A DNA stretch of 51,594 bases, from contig JAQGDQ010001258.1 of NCBI GenBank assembly GCA_030141605.1, forward strand, positions 1 to 51,594. Direction: 5' to 3'. Numbering within the stretch: the stretch's first letter is position 1; each line of letters starts with the position of its first letter. Origin of the DNA: Tubiluchus corallicola. Lineage: Eukaryota; Animalia; Priapulida. The notes beneath the pieces were generated by a model. The model saw only the letters and a list, made by a program, of their open reading frames with translations, made no database searches and was not told the DNA's origin. A program made the position numbers and the translations under genes. This document shows positions 38,116 through 51,594 of the stretch, piece by piece.

Positions 38116-38509
38116 CGTGTTTCCTTGTTCTTTAGTGGCGTTGGGTCTGTTCACTAAACGGATGGGTGACTGCGCTTTTGTCTGCCATATGCATAACAAT
38201 TTCTCATATTTAAGGCGTGGCAAGTTACTGAAGTTGCGCGAAAATTGTTTTTCATTTCTAAAGCGGTCAGACAGGACACAACTTGTCTGTTATGTCGTTG
38301 GAAAGCTCTTAGATTTATTTATTTAACAAGAGTCACTGTCACAAAATCAACTCTTATTTCCTAGGCAGCGAATTCTGCTTGTTAGAGGTGATCTCATACG
38401 TAAAAATGGAAAATCTCTTTAGCATTCAGTCAGTAGCAGCTAAACAACCAGTGAAGAGCTTAATGCTAACTGCGTGTGTAGTTCAGCTAGCTGCCTGCTT
38501 ATCCATTTA

Positions 38510-39300
38510 GGTAGTTGTCTGCCGCTAGTCTGTCTACTTACCTAATAGTCTACCTTCTTGTTTACTTACCTACCTACGTATCTACACACATGACTAGCTA
38601 CATACGGATTTCTGTTTTGACTACCCGTCTAACTGCCTACTTGCCTACCAACCACCCTGCCAACCTACCTGCCTGCCTACCTACCATCTTCCTACTTAGT
38701 ACCTATCTACCTACCTATTTACTTATCAGTAAGCTAACCAATCAACCAATCAATCACCAACTACCAAGCGACTGGCCGGCCGGCCAACTGACCTAGCAAC
38801 CAACCAACCAAGTAACCAACCTTCTACCTACCTACTTATTCACCTACCTACCTATCTACCTGACTACCAACCTACCGACCTAACGACCTAGTACCTACCT
38901 ATTTACCTATCAGCCTGCTAACAAACCAACCAATCAACCAACCAACCGACCGACTGACAAACCAACCAACCGACCGACCGACCGACCAACCAACCAACTA
39001 ACCAACCAACTAACCAAGTAACCAGCCTCCTACCTACCAGCTTATCTACCTCCCTCCCTACCTACCTACCTGCCTACCTACCTACCTACCTACCTACCTA
39101 CCTACCTACCTACCTACCTACCTACCTACCTAGCTACCTACCTACCTACCTACCTACCTACCTAGCTAGCTAGGTACCTTCCTACATACCTACCTACTTA
39201 CCTACCTACCTACCTACCTACCTAACCTCCTACCTACCTGTCTACCTACCTACCTACCTAACCTCCTACCTACCTGCCTACCTACCTAATTACCTACCTA
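38510..39300. repeat. (CTAC)n/(CAAC)n/(CGAC)n compound microsatellite
   Basis: Direct reading. Confidence 0.93.
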
Positions 39301-41368
39301 AATACCGACTGACGTACCTATCTGGCTAGCAATTTACCTACCCGTCTGTCTTTATGCCTGCCTGTTTAACTAGCTGCTCGTCTATATTACCAACCTACAC
39401 TAACAACCTTACCACGTCACCTACCTGCATGCCTATTTACCTGTATCTGTCCTACTGACATACACATCTAATCTGGCATGAGATACTCACTTTCTTTTTT
39501 CCTTTTCGTTCTTCTTTTCTTCGTTCTTTAATTGCGTAATTACACATTCATTCATTCATTTCCTACATTAGCTAAAGTTTACGAACTTTCGTACTTGTAT
39601 AGTCAAATATTCGCTTAGAGACTTCATTGTGTTGTTAGTTGCATAAGAATATTCCTCGAATTGTCATCGTGTAGCGATAACATAAAAAGTAAAAAATTAT
39701 TTACATGCTTAATAACCAAGTGTGCTGTAATGTCAGCAGTCACCAAGTGCATTGTGATTATTTATTCAATAGGACAGCAATGGATTGCGCAGGGACAGTG
39801 TGTGCATTGTTACCAAGAGACAAAGATGAAAATTTTTGACGAATTTGTTTCAGAATGAAAAGTTGTACTTAGTCATAATCAGTAGAACGAAAAAGAACGA
39901 AATGAAACGAAACGAAACGGAAGGAGAAGAACGGAACAGAGCAGAAGCGAATAGAAAGGACCGGGATGGAATGGAACAGAAAGAAAAGTAGTTGAACTAA
40001 AAGGAACAGAATAAAAAACAACACAGCACAGTACGAATGGAAGAAAACGGAACGGAACAGACTAGAACAGAACAGAACAGAACAGAACAAAAAACAGCAC
40101 AGCAGGGCAAAGCACAGCACGAATGGAAGAGAACGATACGGAACAGAACAGAACAGAACAGAACGGAACCCACGAAGACAATACGGAAACAAATACAGAC
40201 CTTTTAGCCGGCAGAGGGCAGTAAAAACTGCTTTTGTTTGCCTACTGCTTGTTTATCGGTACGAAACGAATTGAATTTCTCTGAATGCAACAGTCGTCAA
40301 ATTTTGTTGCATTTGAAACAAAGTTTTATAAAAAGTTTGTCATCACAAAATTTAGTTTGCCTTTTAATATCGGTACAGAGGATAGTTTTGGTTTTACTAA
40401 CCAATCTTACCCGTCCTTCGCTTCAACTTCCCTTTAACCACTGAGATTTCTGCTCTTTTGTTTGTCTAACTCCCTTCCTGTCTCGTCTGTCATGGGCAAG
40501 ATCCTCTTGAATTCTGGCAGCCAAACAAAACATTGTTTTGTGTTCTGTGTATAGAATTTCAACGTTTTTTTTTGATAAATTTTGTAATGGTATTTTGTTT
40601 GTCCAGGAGAAATAAATGTTAAATTATTACAGTTTTTATGTCCTCACCAAGGCCATTAACTTGACGATTTTTCACAGCCGCAAAGACTTGAATTAAAATC
40701 ATCTAAAACACTTGAACAAAATGGATAATTACTCTACCTTTTTGCACTTAATTACAGTAAAAGTGTTGCTTAGCGCTGAGAAACGGGATTATGATTATTC
40801 CCGATTGAAAGAGTCGATTAAGCAAATTTTCGTTTTTGCGCAACATTAATGGATGCTTTTATGCGCTCTTAGGCTTAGCAATGCGAGCCCCTTTTGCGAA
40901 TGGAATATGAATAAAAATCAGCAAATTGAAATTTACGTAGGCTGCATTAGTTTAATAAATAAAAAAGTTCTGTTCTATTGTTCTGTCTAATGACTTCTTG
41001 TACGTTAGGTTACAAAGGTCTAGTAAATCGACGGTTGTAAGTTACTAGAGCCAGAAAAATTGACCTGGATTATTCCTGTTCATGTTAGTAAACATAATTC
41101 ATTCATGTTACGTAGCATAAGTATGCTGGGAGATCGTGGCTGCTGCACAGAGTGGGATGGAGTGAACTAATGTCGAATGAAACATTATGGAAAGACAGGC
41201 TTAAATGGATATAAATGCACTGAAAAAAAAGCTAAAAAACAGACTACAATTAAAAGGGCGTGAAATAAAATAAAATACCATGAAATGAAATAAACGGGAC
41301 GTGACGGGACAGGACAGGACAGGACAGGACAGGACAGGACAGGACAGGACCCGACCAGACCCGACCAG
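38939..41368 (+). repeat. Segmental duplication, copy 1
   Basis: Near-identical to 49227-51594. Duplicated ORF-track entries (39661/49892, 39869/50110, 40238/50464) confirm it. Confidence 0.95.
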
Positions 41369-41525
41369 ACAGAACAGGACAGGACAGGACAGAACAGGAC
41401 AGGACAGGACAGGACAGGACAGGACAGGACAGGACAGGACAGGACAGGACAGGACAGGACAGGACAGGACAGGACAGGACAGGACAGGACAGGACAGGAC
41501 AGGACAGGACAGGACGGGGCAGGAC
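41294..41525. repeat. (GACAG)n pentanucleotide microsatellite
   Basis: Direct reading. Confidence 0.97.
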
Positions 41526-43049
41526 GTAAAAACGAGGAAGCCACACGTCCAGAACCCAGTTAATACGCAGAAGCCACTGGAGGTGCAAACTTATCACTCA
41601 GATTGGTGGTAAGATTAAATCTTGCAGATAATGTCAGGCACTTCTTCTTGCTGGAAAGTGCGCATGCGCTAAGTATGTAGTACACACACCGACTTACACA
41701 AGGTGCATTTTGTAATTATGACGTAGCTACAAGCTACATTTTTACTGATATTTAAGTCTTACACAATTCTGGTTACCATGCTTTGTAAATGCTCAGTTTC
41801 CCAAAGACACTAAATATCCAAAGTAACTAAGTCTGAGTAACAAGACTGGGATGTACATCTGAGAGTTTGAAGCAATAGGAAAGACTATACGAGTGCTTGA
41901 GCGGTCAGTGAAACCCCAAGAACATTCTGCACTGGCATACACGGTTGAACTTGAAACAAGGTTCATTAACGCAAGAATCCGGAAGTTTTGCGAACTAATT
42001 TCCGGCAGCGTGGTTGATGGTAGATTAATTAATATGAGCGCACCAATATAAGAGATACTTTTATCTACGAATATCGACATAATACGAATTTAAACTGTTT
42101 ATTTTTTAGAGAAAACATTGTACAATAATGTTATGAAACCAACAACGTTTCTGTCCAACACTGACAGATAAAAACAGTAAAAGAAAGCAAAAAATCTCTA
42201 ACTACTTCTTGTCGGATTTATTGTTACGACAACAAATCATTGTTAAAATATTATGTAGTATAGAATCTACAGTTCATAGCAGAACACAAGAGGAAGAACA
42301 TAAATAGCGCAAACTGGTGATTTCACCATTTAGCGTTGCCATGGAAACCATTTTGTGAATATGCTACGTAGAAGGTCACTTACCGTTACTATAGAATTTG
42401 TTTTATCGAATTTAGAATACGAAGTTACTCTGTTGTGACGTCACAATATAAAAACTGGCAAAAAATTTAGTACGTGAATAACACGAAACGAAAAATTCGC
42501 GACAAAAAAGATCTGTTTATAAGGTTACACAAAGGTGGAGTGTAGTTTTTGTAAACACTCGGATATCACAGAAGTATAGCCGATTCGCCTCTTTTCAATA
42601 CGTTCGTTGCATTTTTTTAAACTTTGAGCAAATTTGGGTGTCGTCTTTCCCCCTGCCCGTTAATCAGCCTGATTCAAATTACTGTGTGTTTTCCTTGAAA
42701 CCTTTGTTAGAATTTACAAGATTTATTAGCATATTTATTACAATTTAGCAACTTATAGACGTAATAATAAATATTTTGCAGGACAAAGTTAGTCGAAAAT
42801 TCAGAAGCTGTTTAAATGAGATAAATCGAATGTGCTGTTCGCCTGACGTTTTGCAAAATTGTAATGAAATTTAACGATTAATGTGCGAAAATTGTTGTAC
42901 ATTAAAACACAAAGGCCAGCTAGCTGACTAACTGATGGGTAGTCGCGACAGCAGTGCCAACTTGGTCGCATTTTCGTTCGCTCAGCATTTCTATTGAAGT
43001 GACAAACAATCTTTTTCAAAAACTAGCCACACCAGCTTTGATTCTTAAT

Positions 43050-43791
43050 TATAGGTTTTACATGTCAAATGTAAACCGACGTTAAGTCAAATGTAGATTT
43101 AGGTACGTCAAATGTGTCTTGGTAACTTAAATGTAGACTTAGGTAGTTCAAATGTGTTAACAATGGTTTTCAACAAATCTTAAGCGTTTTTGGTAAGTCA
43201 AATGTAGACACATGTCAAGTCAAATGTGACATTGGTATCTCAAATGTGGATAGGTAGAAAAGCTTAAGGATGTTAAATTTAATCTCCTTTAATCTTAATT
43301 TAATAATTGCTCTTAAGACTGTGATAACAATAACCTTATAGGTCTACTAATAGTTCACTAATATTCTACAAACTTTACATACCATTAGAACTGTTAGAGA
43401 AAACAATACATTCTTAAAATAAACAATGTTTCTTGAGAGAAACTAAATCATTAATGCAGTGCTAATGCATTACTTAAAAAACTAATTAGTGATTCACTGT
43501 TCATTGGGAAGTGGGAACCAACTTACTGGTTTAACAAAGAATTTCCTTTGAGGATAAACAACGCATTTTTCAAAGCTATGAAAGAGGTGATGACTACCTT
43601 TGGTTTATCTTTTTGTAGTTTGTACTTAAATGAGTTAATTACTGATTTATTCAAAGTACCGCATCTACGTTTGACTTTCCTAAGTCACATTTGAGTTACC
43701 AAAACATAGTTGAAATTCATACGTCTACATTTGACTTACCTAAGTCACATTTGAACTTTCCGGTTTCGACATTTGATATGTAAAACCTATA
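43050..43791. mobile_element. TATAGG-ended MITE, family C (742 bp)
   Basis: TATAGGTTTTACATGTCAAATGTA ... ACATTTGATATGTAAAACCTATA. Shares ACTTAAATGAGTTAATTAC..ATTTATTCAAAGTA with the 25336 copy and TGGTTTTCAACAAATCT..AGCGTTTTTGGTAAG (inverted) with the 24536 copy. Confidence 0.85.
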
Positions 43792-44847
43792 GTAACTTTA
43801 ATGTGTTTCTTTAATTCACCTTTTTAACACAGCTTCTTTATAAATTTTTCATTTTTCAGTTTATTGACACGACATGCCTTTATTTCTGTAATTTAGCTTA
43901 TAATTTTAATACTGTATCTCTCTGTACAGCTGATGAAGTCATCCACGGATGAATGTTTCTAAAGAAAAAATAAAGAATTTTTCGATACATTTTTACTACA
44001 TACAATATAATGTTTAATTTATTTCTACTATTTTGCTACTTACAGTGTCTTAATCTGTAGCTACACGCATGCGCACTGTGCAATTTTAAAGTGATATTCG
44101 CTTTTAACAAACGTTGAGTTTTGGCAGAAATGTCTGATTTGTTGTGTAACACTTCTCGATAATTATTAATTAATAATTCGCTAAGAATCATAAAATGCCC
44201 AAACTATTAACCTAAATATTTGCATCAGTTTATTGGATAGTTTTTGCAACACTTTCAACTGACTTAGTTTTCTGTTTTTGCCCGCTGCTTATCCACGTCT
44301 ATTTACTTTAACAACTGGATTGTATTTCATGTAAAATGCACCAAAATGCAATCGTAATGAAAACATTTTAACTTCCCGAGTTTTTATAACGGTTAGTTCA
44401 TTTGAGTAACCGAAAGTTTATTTAACTGACAAAAACTCGAGGTGCATCAACTGCATGGGAAATAAGATGGGCGAGGATTTTTCCCAACCTCCGAGCTCGA
44501 ATTAAATTACAGTAACGGGAAGCTAAACCTTCCCAGAGCTAAAATTTGTACTACTTTAGCGGGCCTGTAATAGAGCATTGGTTTCTAATCTTTTACTAGC
44601 TAATTGCGCATTCGAAATTCAGTGATCTGCTGGGTGCACCTTTGACATTTTTTAGTTTAAAAATAATTTATTGAGGATTGGATGAAACAGTTTAAAAAAC
44701 ATTTTTATTTTTTATTCACACCCTATAATAGTAAAAATATCGACAGTAAAATACAATAAAAACAGTATAATATGAAACACGGTGGCAAAAAAGCATACAA
44801 ATAAAATATTTACAAGAGTGTCTCAAAGACGCAAAGAGATTAACTGT

Positions 44848-45110
44848 TCACATGTGTCCATTGTGTACAAGGAATTTATGCAAGTTAACTTTATATAAGC
44901 GGCTTTTAAATAACTTAATATTTTGTACAGTTACGAGGGGTGCACCATCAACATATGCAGGCAATGAGTTCCAAATCTGCACAACATGATTTGAGAAAAA
45001 TTGACAAAATGATACTTCAGCTGTTTGACGCACGAAAAGTTTCAGAGAATGATTTTGCCTTGTTCTATTGCAAGATACTCGGGTAAAAAATTAGTCAAAG
45101 GATTTGTCAC
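44848..45110 (-). mobile_element. CR1-like LINE ORF2 3' remnant
   Basis: FFSNHVVQIWNSLPAYV...KLFKSRLYKVNLHKFL matches the CR1-type FFSxRVVxxWNxLP...FKxxL tail. Confidence 0.8.
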
Positions 45111-46100
45111 ATGATTTAGGATCATCACTACAACACACCACTATTTACAAAAACATTTACAGTAAGAATTAACTATACATAAACAAGTTTTACTACAAGA
45201 TTACATTAGACATTAGCACCAAATGACAGTAAAAATATTAATGTACGAATATTTACATCAGATAGAAACTATTGGAAGCGCTTAGTACGTAATATAAAGT
45301 CATGTCAACATTGGAATATTTTACAGTTAACAACATAAATAAATTCATTTTTTCCAAACAATAACAACTTCAACAGATCATTAGTTCCTAAGGCAGCTAT
45401 ATTAGGTTTTCAGGCAGAAGTATATAATTTAAAAATATCAAACATAACAATTCTAGTTTGTTGATACAATGGGCAGTGCAACAAAAAGTGTTCAACAGAC
45501 TCAAATTGAAATCCACAATTACAATTCGGTAATGACCGTAATTATCTTTACAGAATTTGGGGAAAAGGTTCCAGTTTCGTTGTTATTTTTAGCAATATGA
45601 GTTTTAAGAAAAAATTTTACTACTATGATTCAACTATACAGCCGTGTTTTATTTATACAAGCAAAGCTGATTAACGAGACACCAAATTCAAGAACAAAAG
45701 GTAAGAAAATTGACGATCGAATGTCAAATCAGAAGACGAACTGTGAAGTAACCTCAATGGCCGCCTCGTTTACGCGTTTTTCGAAAACCTCCAAACTCTA
45801 GCTTACAGTCATCCGTCAATGCATTTACAGTGCCAAATGTCTATTTTACATAATAAATTAACCTCTTTATAACGCCAGACAGGAGGCAGTAATTACCCGA
45901 AAACCGTTAGGGTATTGCAAAAGCAACGACCTTTTAAAAGACAAACAATCACGATGTTTAAGGATTTAAATCTTGTAACTCTTTCCTCACACCATGAGGC
46001 CGTTACTCCTGTAAAATTCGTACTCCGTACGTGTAGTACGCTGTACGGCAAAAAAGAAGATTCTGACATGTAACACGATATGACTTTCGCGAATCCTTAG

Positions 46101-46360
46101 CTGGCTAGAACCTTACCTAGTTCATTTTTTCTTGTTTCCCAGCAAGATCCTGCTAGTAAATCACTCTACGTGCAGATTAATGCATAATTAAGTAAAGTCA
46201 ACGTAAAACAACTGAAGTTTCTGAACTGATGCCAGAGAAGGCTTTGTTTTTTCACACACATCACGTGACGGTTGTAGCTAAGTCTCGTTGCTGTGGTACA
46301 CCTAACCTTTGACCCGCAGCAGCTGCGCATGCGCACAACAAAACTGTGAAAACCTTAATG
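46101..46360 (+). mobile_element. Partial copy of the 13105-13469 MITE
   Basis: Shared TCACGTGACGGTTGTAGCTAAG..CGTTGCTGTGGTACAC and TGCGCRTGCGCACAAC. Confidence 0.75.
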
Positions 46361-47224
46361 GATAGGGTAGGACAGAATAAAACTGGACAGAACTGAAGCA
46401 ACTGAACCAAATACAAAGGAACAGAAAAGGACCAGACCAGGGGAGATGGAATGGAACTATATCTTCTGTCCTGTTCTGTTCTACTCTTTCCTGTTCTGTT
46501 CCTTGTATTTTTATCGTGTTCCATTTTAAATTTTTCTAGTCTTGTATATTTTGGGCCTCTTATTTGTGTTTATTTTTGTTATTTTAGCGTAAATATCTTG
46601 GATAATTTTATGGTTCTATGTGGCATTTTATTATATTATATATTATATTATTATATGCCATACACAATTATTTAAACTTGTGTAGGTAATTATGTAATTG
46701 TATTAAAGAAACATTTTAAAGTTTAAAATAAAATGAAATTAATTCAGACCCTTGTTTTTCAGATGTCGCATTCTCGACTACACACGCCTACTCGGTTTCA
46801 TCGGACATTCGTAGAGTGATTAATCGTCCAACTAATTGATCTCACGCGTCTATTTTCAAGAGGAATTCTGACCATGTCTTCGCTTTATCCAGATTAGAAA
46901 TCTTTCCTAGTATTTCGAGTTCCTTGGACTTGCCTTTCTAGAATTTGATTTTCCGCCTCAAGACTTAAGTGCTCAATGTTATTAAAGAACTGCATTAAAA
47001 ATGTAATTAAGAATTGTGCTGCTTGTCACTTCATTTCAGACTAACACGTGACCGACGATGCATTTCCCTTTCCTTCTGCCTGCCTGCCCATTTTAAAATC
47101 GAAAATTCATTAGTTACTCTAGCTACGTTTATCCACTGATGTTCGTATAAGAACAACAGGAGACAAAGCCCGCATGACCTTTTGCTTTTGAAGCAAGTCC
47201 AACAATTTGTCGTGATGTAATGAT

Positions 47225-47470
47225 CTCTCAAACTGAGTCCTAAATTTTTCATCAGGATGAGACTGACCTTTCACAAATTTGTACTTAAGATGACTTTGAC
47301 CTTTGACAAATTTGTCCCCAAGTTGAGTTTGACCTTTGACAAATTTGTTCTTAAGATGACTTTGACCTTTGACAAATTTGTCCCCAAGTTGAGTTTGACC
47401 TCTCACAAATTTGTCCCTAAGTTGAGTTTGACCTTTGACACATTTGTCCTTAAGATGAGATTGACCTTCG
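47225..47470. repeat. 33-bp minisatellite, about 7 copies
   Basis: Unit TTGACCTTTGACAAATTTGTCCCCAAGTTGAGT. The 11-aa periodicity of the overlapping ORF-track entries agrees. Confidence 0.9.
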
Positions 47471-48078
47471 GAACTAAGTCAACAAAATAGCACCACTTAA
47501 GGGTTAAATTATATAAACATTTTTTAGTTAAATTCAGCTTACTAATTGCTATTCAGGAGTGATTCTAACTTTGTTTGTTTTCTCAAAAACAACAAAAACG
47601 AGCAAATGACCTTCATCTAAATAGCCAAAGGTCATTACCTAACCACTAAAACACGCTTCGCCAGAGAGAGCATAAATGAAGAACGATCAAGATAAACTGA
47701 TTGACGAAGAATGAGACTAAAAGAGAGCAACAGCAGTTGGTCACAAAAACAACAACAATGGCATGAACAACAGCGACAGTGCAGTGACAATGACAACAAA
47801 GTAACGAAAACAATAATACGGAAAATTAAAAATTAACCCTCAGCGCCCAAAAGTGACAATGGGCACAGCAGATCACTTTTAACAGACCTACTGTTAACAC
47901 CTCTGTATGATGTTACATTTTATTGATGTAACAAGTATAATGTAAGAAAAGTAACAAGAATGGAAATGAGACAAATTACTTACAAAGTAACAGAGTGAAA
48001 GTGATCCACATTATTAACAAAGGTAAGTCAGCTGAAGGCACTAAAATAAGACACACGCTATACGTCATATATTATTAG

Positions 48079-48240
48079 ACAGCGATTTCAAAGTTACCAT
48101 TCTTGCAGGTAATTACAGCGCTTTCAAAGTTACCATTCTGCTGGTAATTACAGCGATTTCAAAGTTACCATTCTTGCTGGTAATTACAGCGATTTCAAAG
48201 TTACCATTCTTGCTGGTAATTACAGCCATTTCAATGGTAA
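48079..48240. repeat. 36-bp minisatellite, about 4.5 copies
   Basis: Unit ACAGCGATTTCAAAGTTACCATTCTTGCTGGTAATT, with internal hairpin TTACCA/TGGTAA. Confidence 0.92.
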
Positions 48241-48915
48241 TGTAGTATTACGAAATATATTACAATGACAACAATTTCAATATTAACATTCTCGCTCGCC
48301 TCCTACTTCATATATGAAAAACAAATGTGTCTAAATATGTACAATATCCAAATATTAAATAATATCAAAACCCACAAGAAGCAGCAAAAGTTCCATTGCT
48401 TGAACTGCCCATTTTCTCATTAATGATTCCAACTAATTATTGTTCAGAAAGAGCAAATGCATACTACAATTTCATGTAACTTTTGATAAATATGTTGTAA
48501 TTCATGTTGGAACGTTTTTAGTGACTTTATAAATAACAATAGTTTCAATAACACTATTCTAACTGTGTGACATAGCTAAATTAAACTGAACGCCTCTGTA
48601 TTTTACATACAATATAAGATATCATCTGTATAAATGCCCAAGTAGATCGTGGTAATCGAACTTATACCACCAGCTTTACATGCTGGTTTAGCTCACTACT
48701 GTAGTTATTGACCATAGCAAAATATATTTACATTTAACGTATGGTATGAGTAATATCAGGTGAATGTAATGTAAGGTGAATGGTATGAGTGATATAATTT
48801 GACTTAGTATCATTTAGTTACGCCTGTTGTTGCATATGCCTGTTTCTCCAGGGCTAGGCATTGAGGACATAAATGATACTCAAAACGCGAATAAGGAGTT
48901 TTATTACTGTAACTT

Positions 48916-51594
<2,679 letters not shown>

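Noticed and set aside
41570-41615. Possible plus-strand micro-exon ending LSLRLV (SRCR-domain-like start)
   Set aside because: No downstream SRCR motifs (EGRVEV, WGTVC) were found, so it is probably chance.

Overview
This is AT-rich, repeat-dense eukaryotic (animal, probably invertebrate bilaterian) genomic DNA, not prokaryotic. It has no rRNA, intact tRNA or CRISPR features. The one supported gene is the 5' part of a minus-strand class A (rhodopsin-family) peptide GPCR. I assembled it by hand from three coding exons (31563-31719, 24055-24185, 3750-3871) with GT-AG sites and matching phases. The exons give MSDIEENLAFNDSIVNVTNATEYYYDYDVDFSLFDLAELIPFTLAYGLVFLVG-MLGNSLVIFSITRYRGMRSITNVFLLSLASADLLLILICVPIK-FAEFISFTWTFGAEMCKIVYYLQNMSAICSVLTMTSMSLER, covering the N-terminus to the end of TM3. 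The rest of the gene lies beyond position 1, and two of these exons are absent from the ORF track. The introns (7.4 kb, 20.2 kb, >3.7 kb) and upstream DNA contain a 32-bp satellite, 74-, 56-, 49-, 42-, 36- and 33-bp minisatellites, and compound microsatellites. They also contain a non-autonomous piggyBac-type element, a family of TTAA-flanked Kolobok-like elements, TATAGG-ended MITEs, an inverted-repeat-bounded element carrying TTAGGG-like repeats, and several LINE remnants. A recent near-identical duplication of about 2.4 kb or more sits about 10.2-10.3 kb from its partner. Nearly all ORF-track entries are repeat artefacts. I found no convincing novel multi-gene system. The leads below concern the receptor and the repeat architecture around it. 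All alignments were done by eye.
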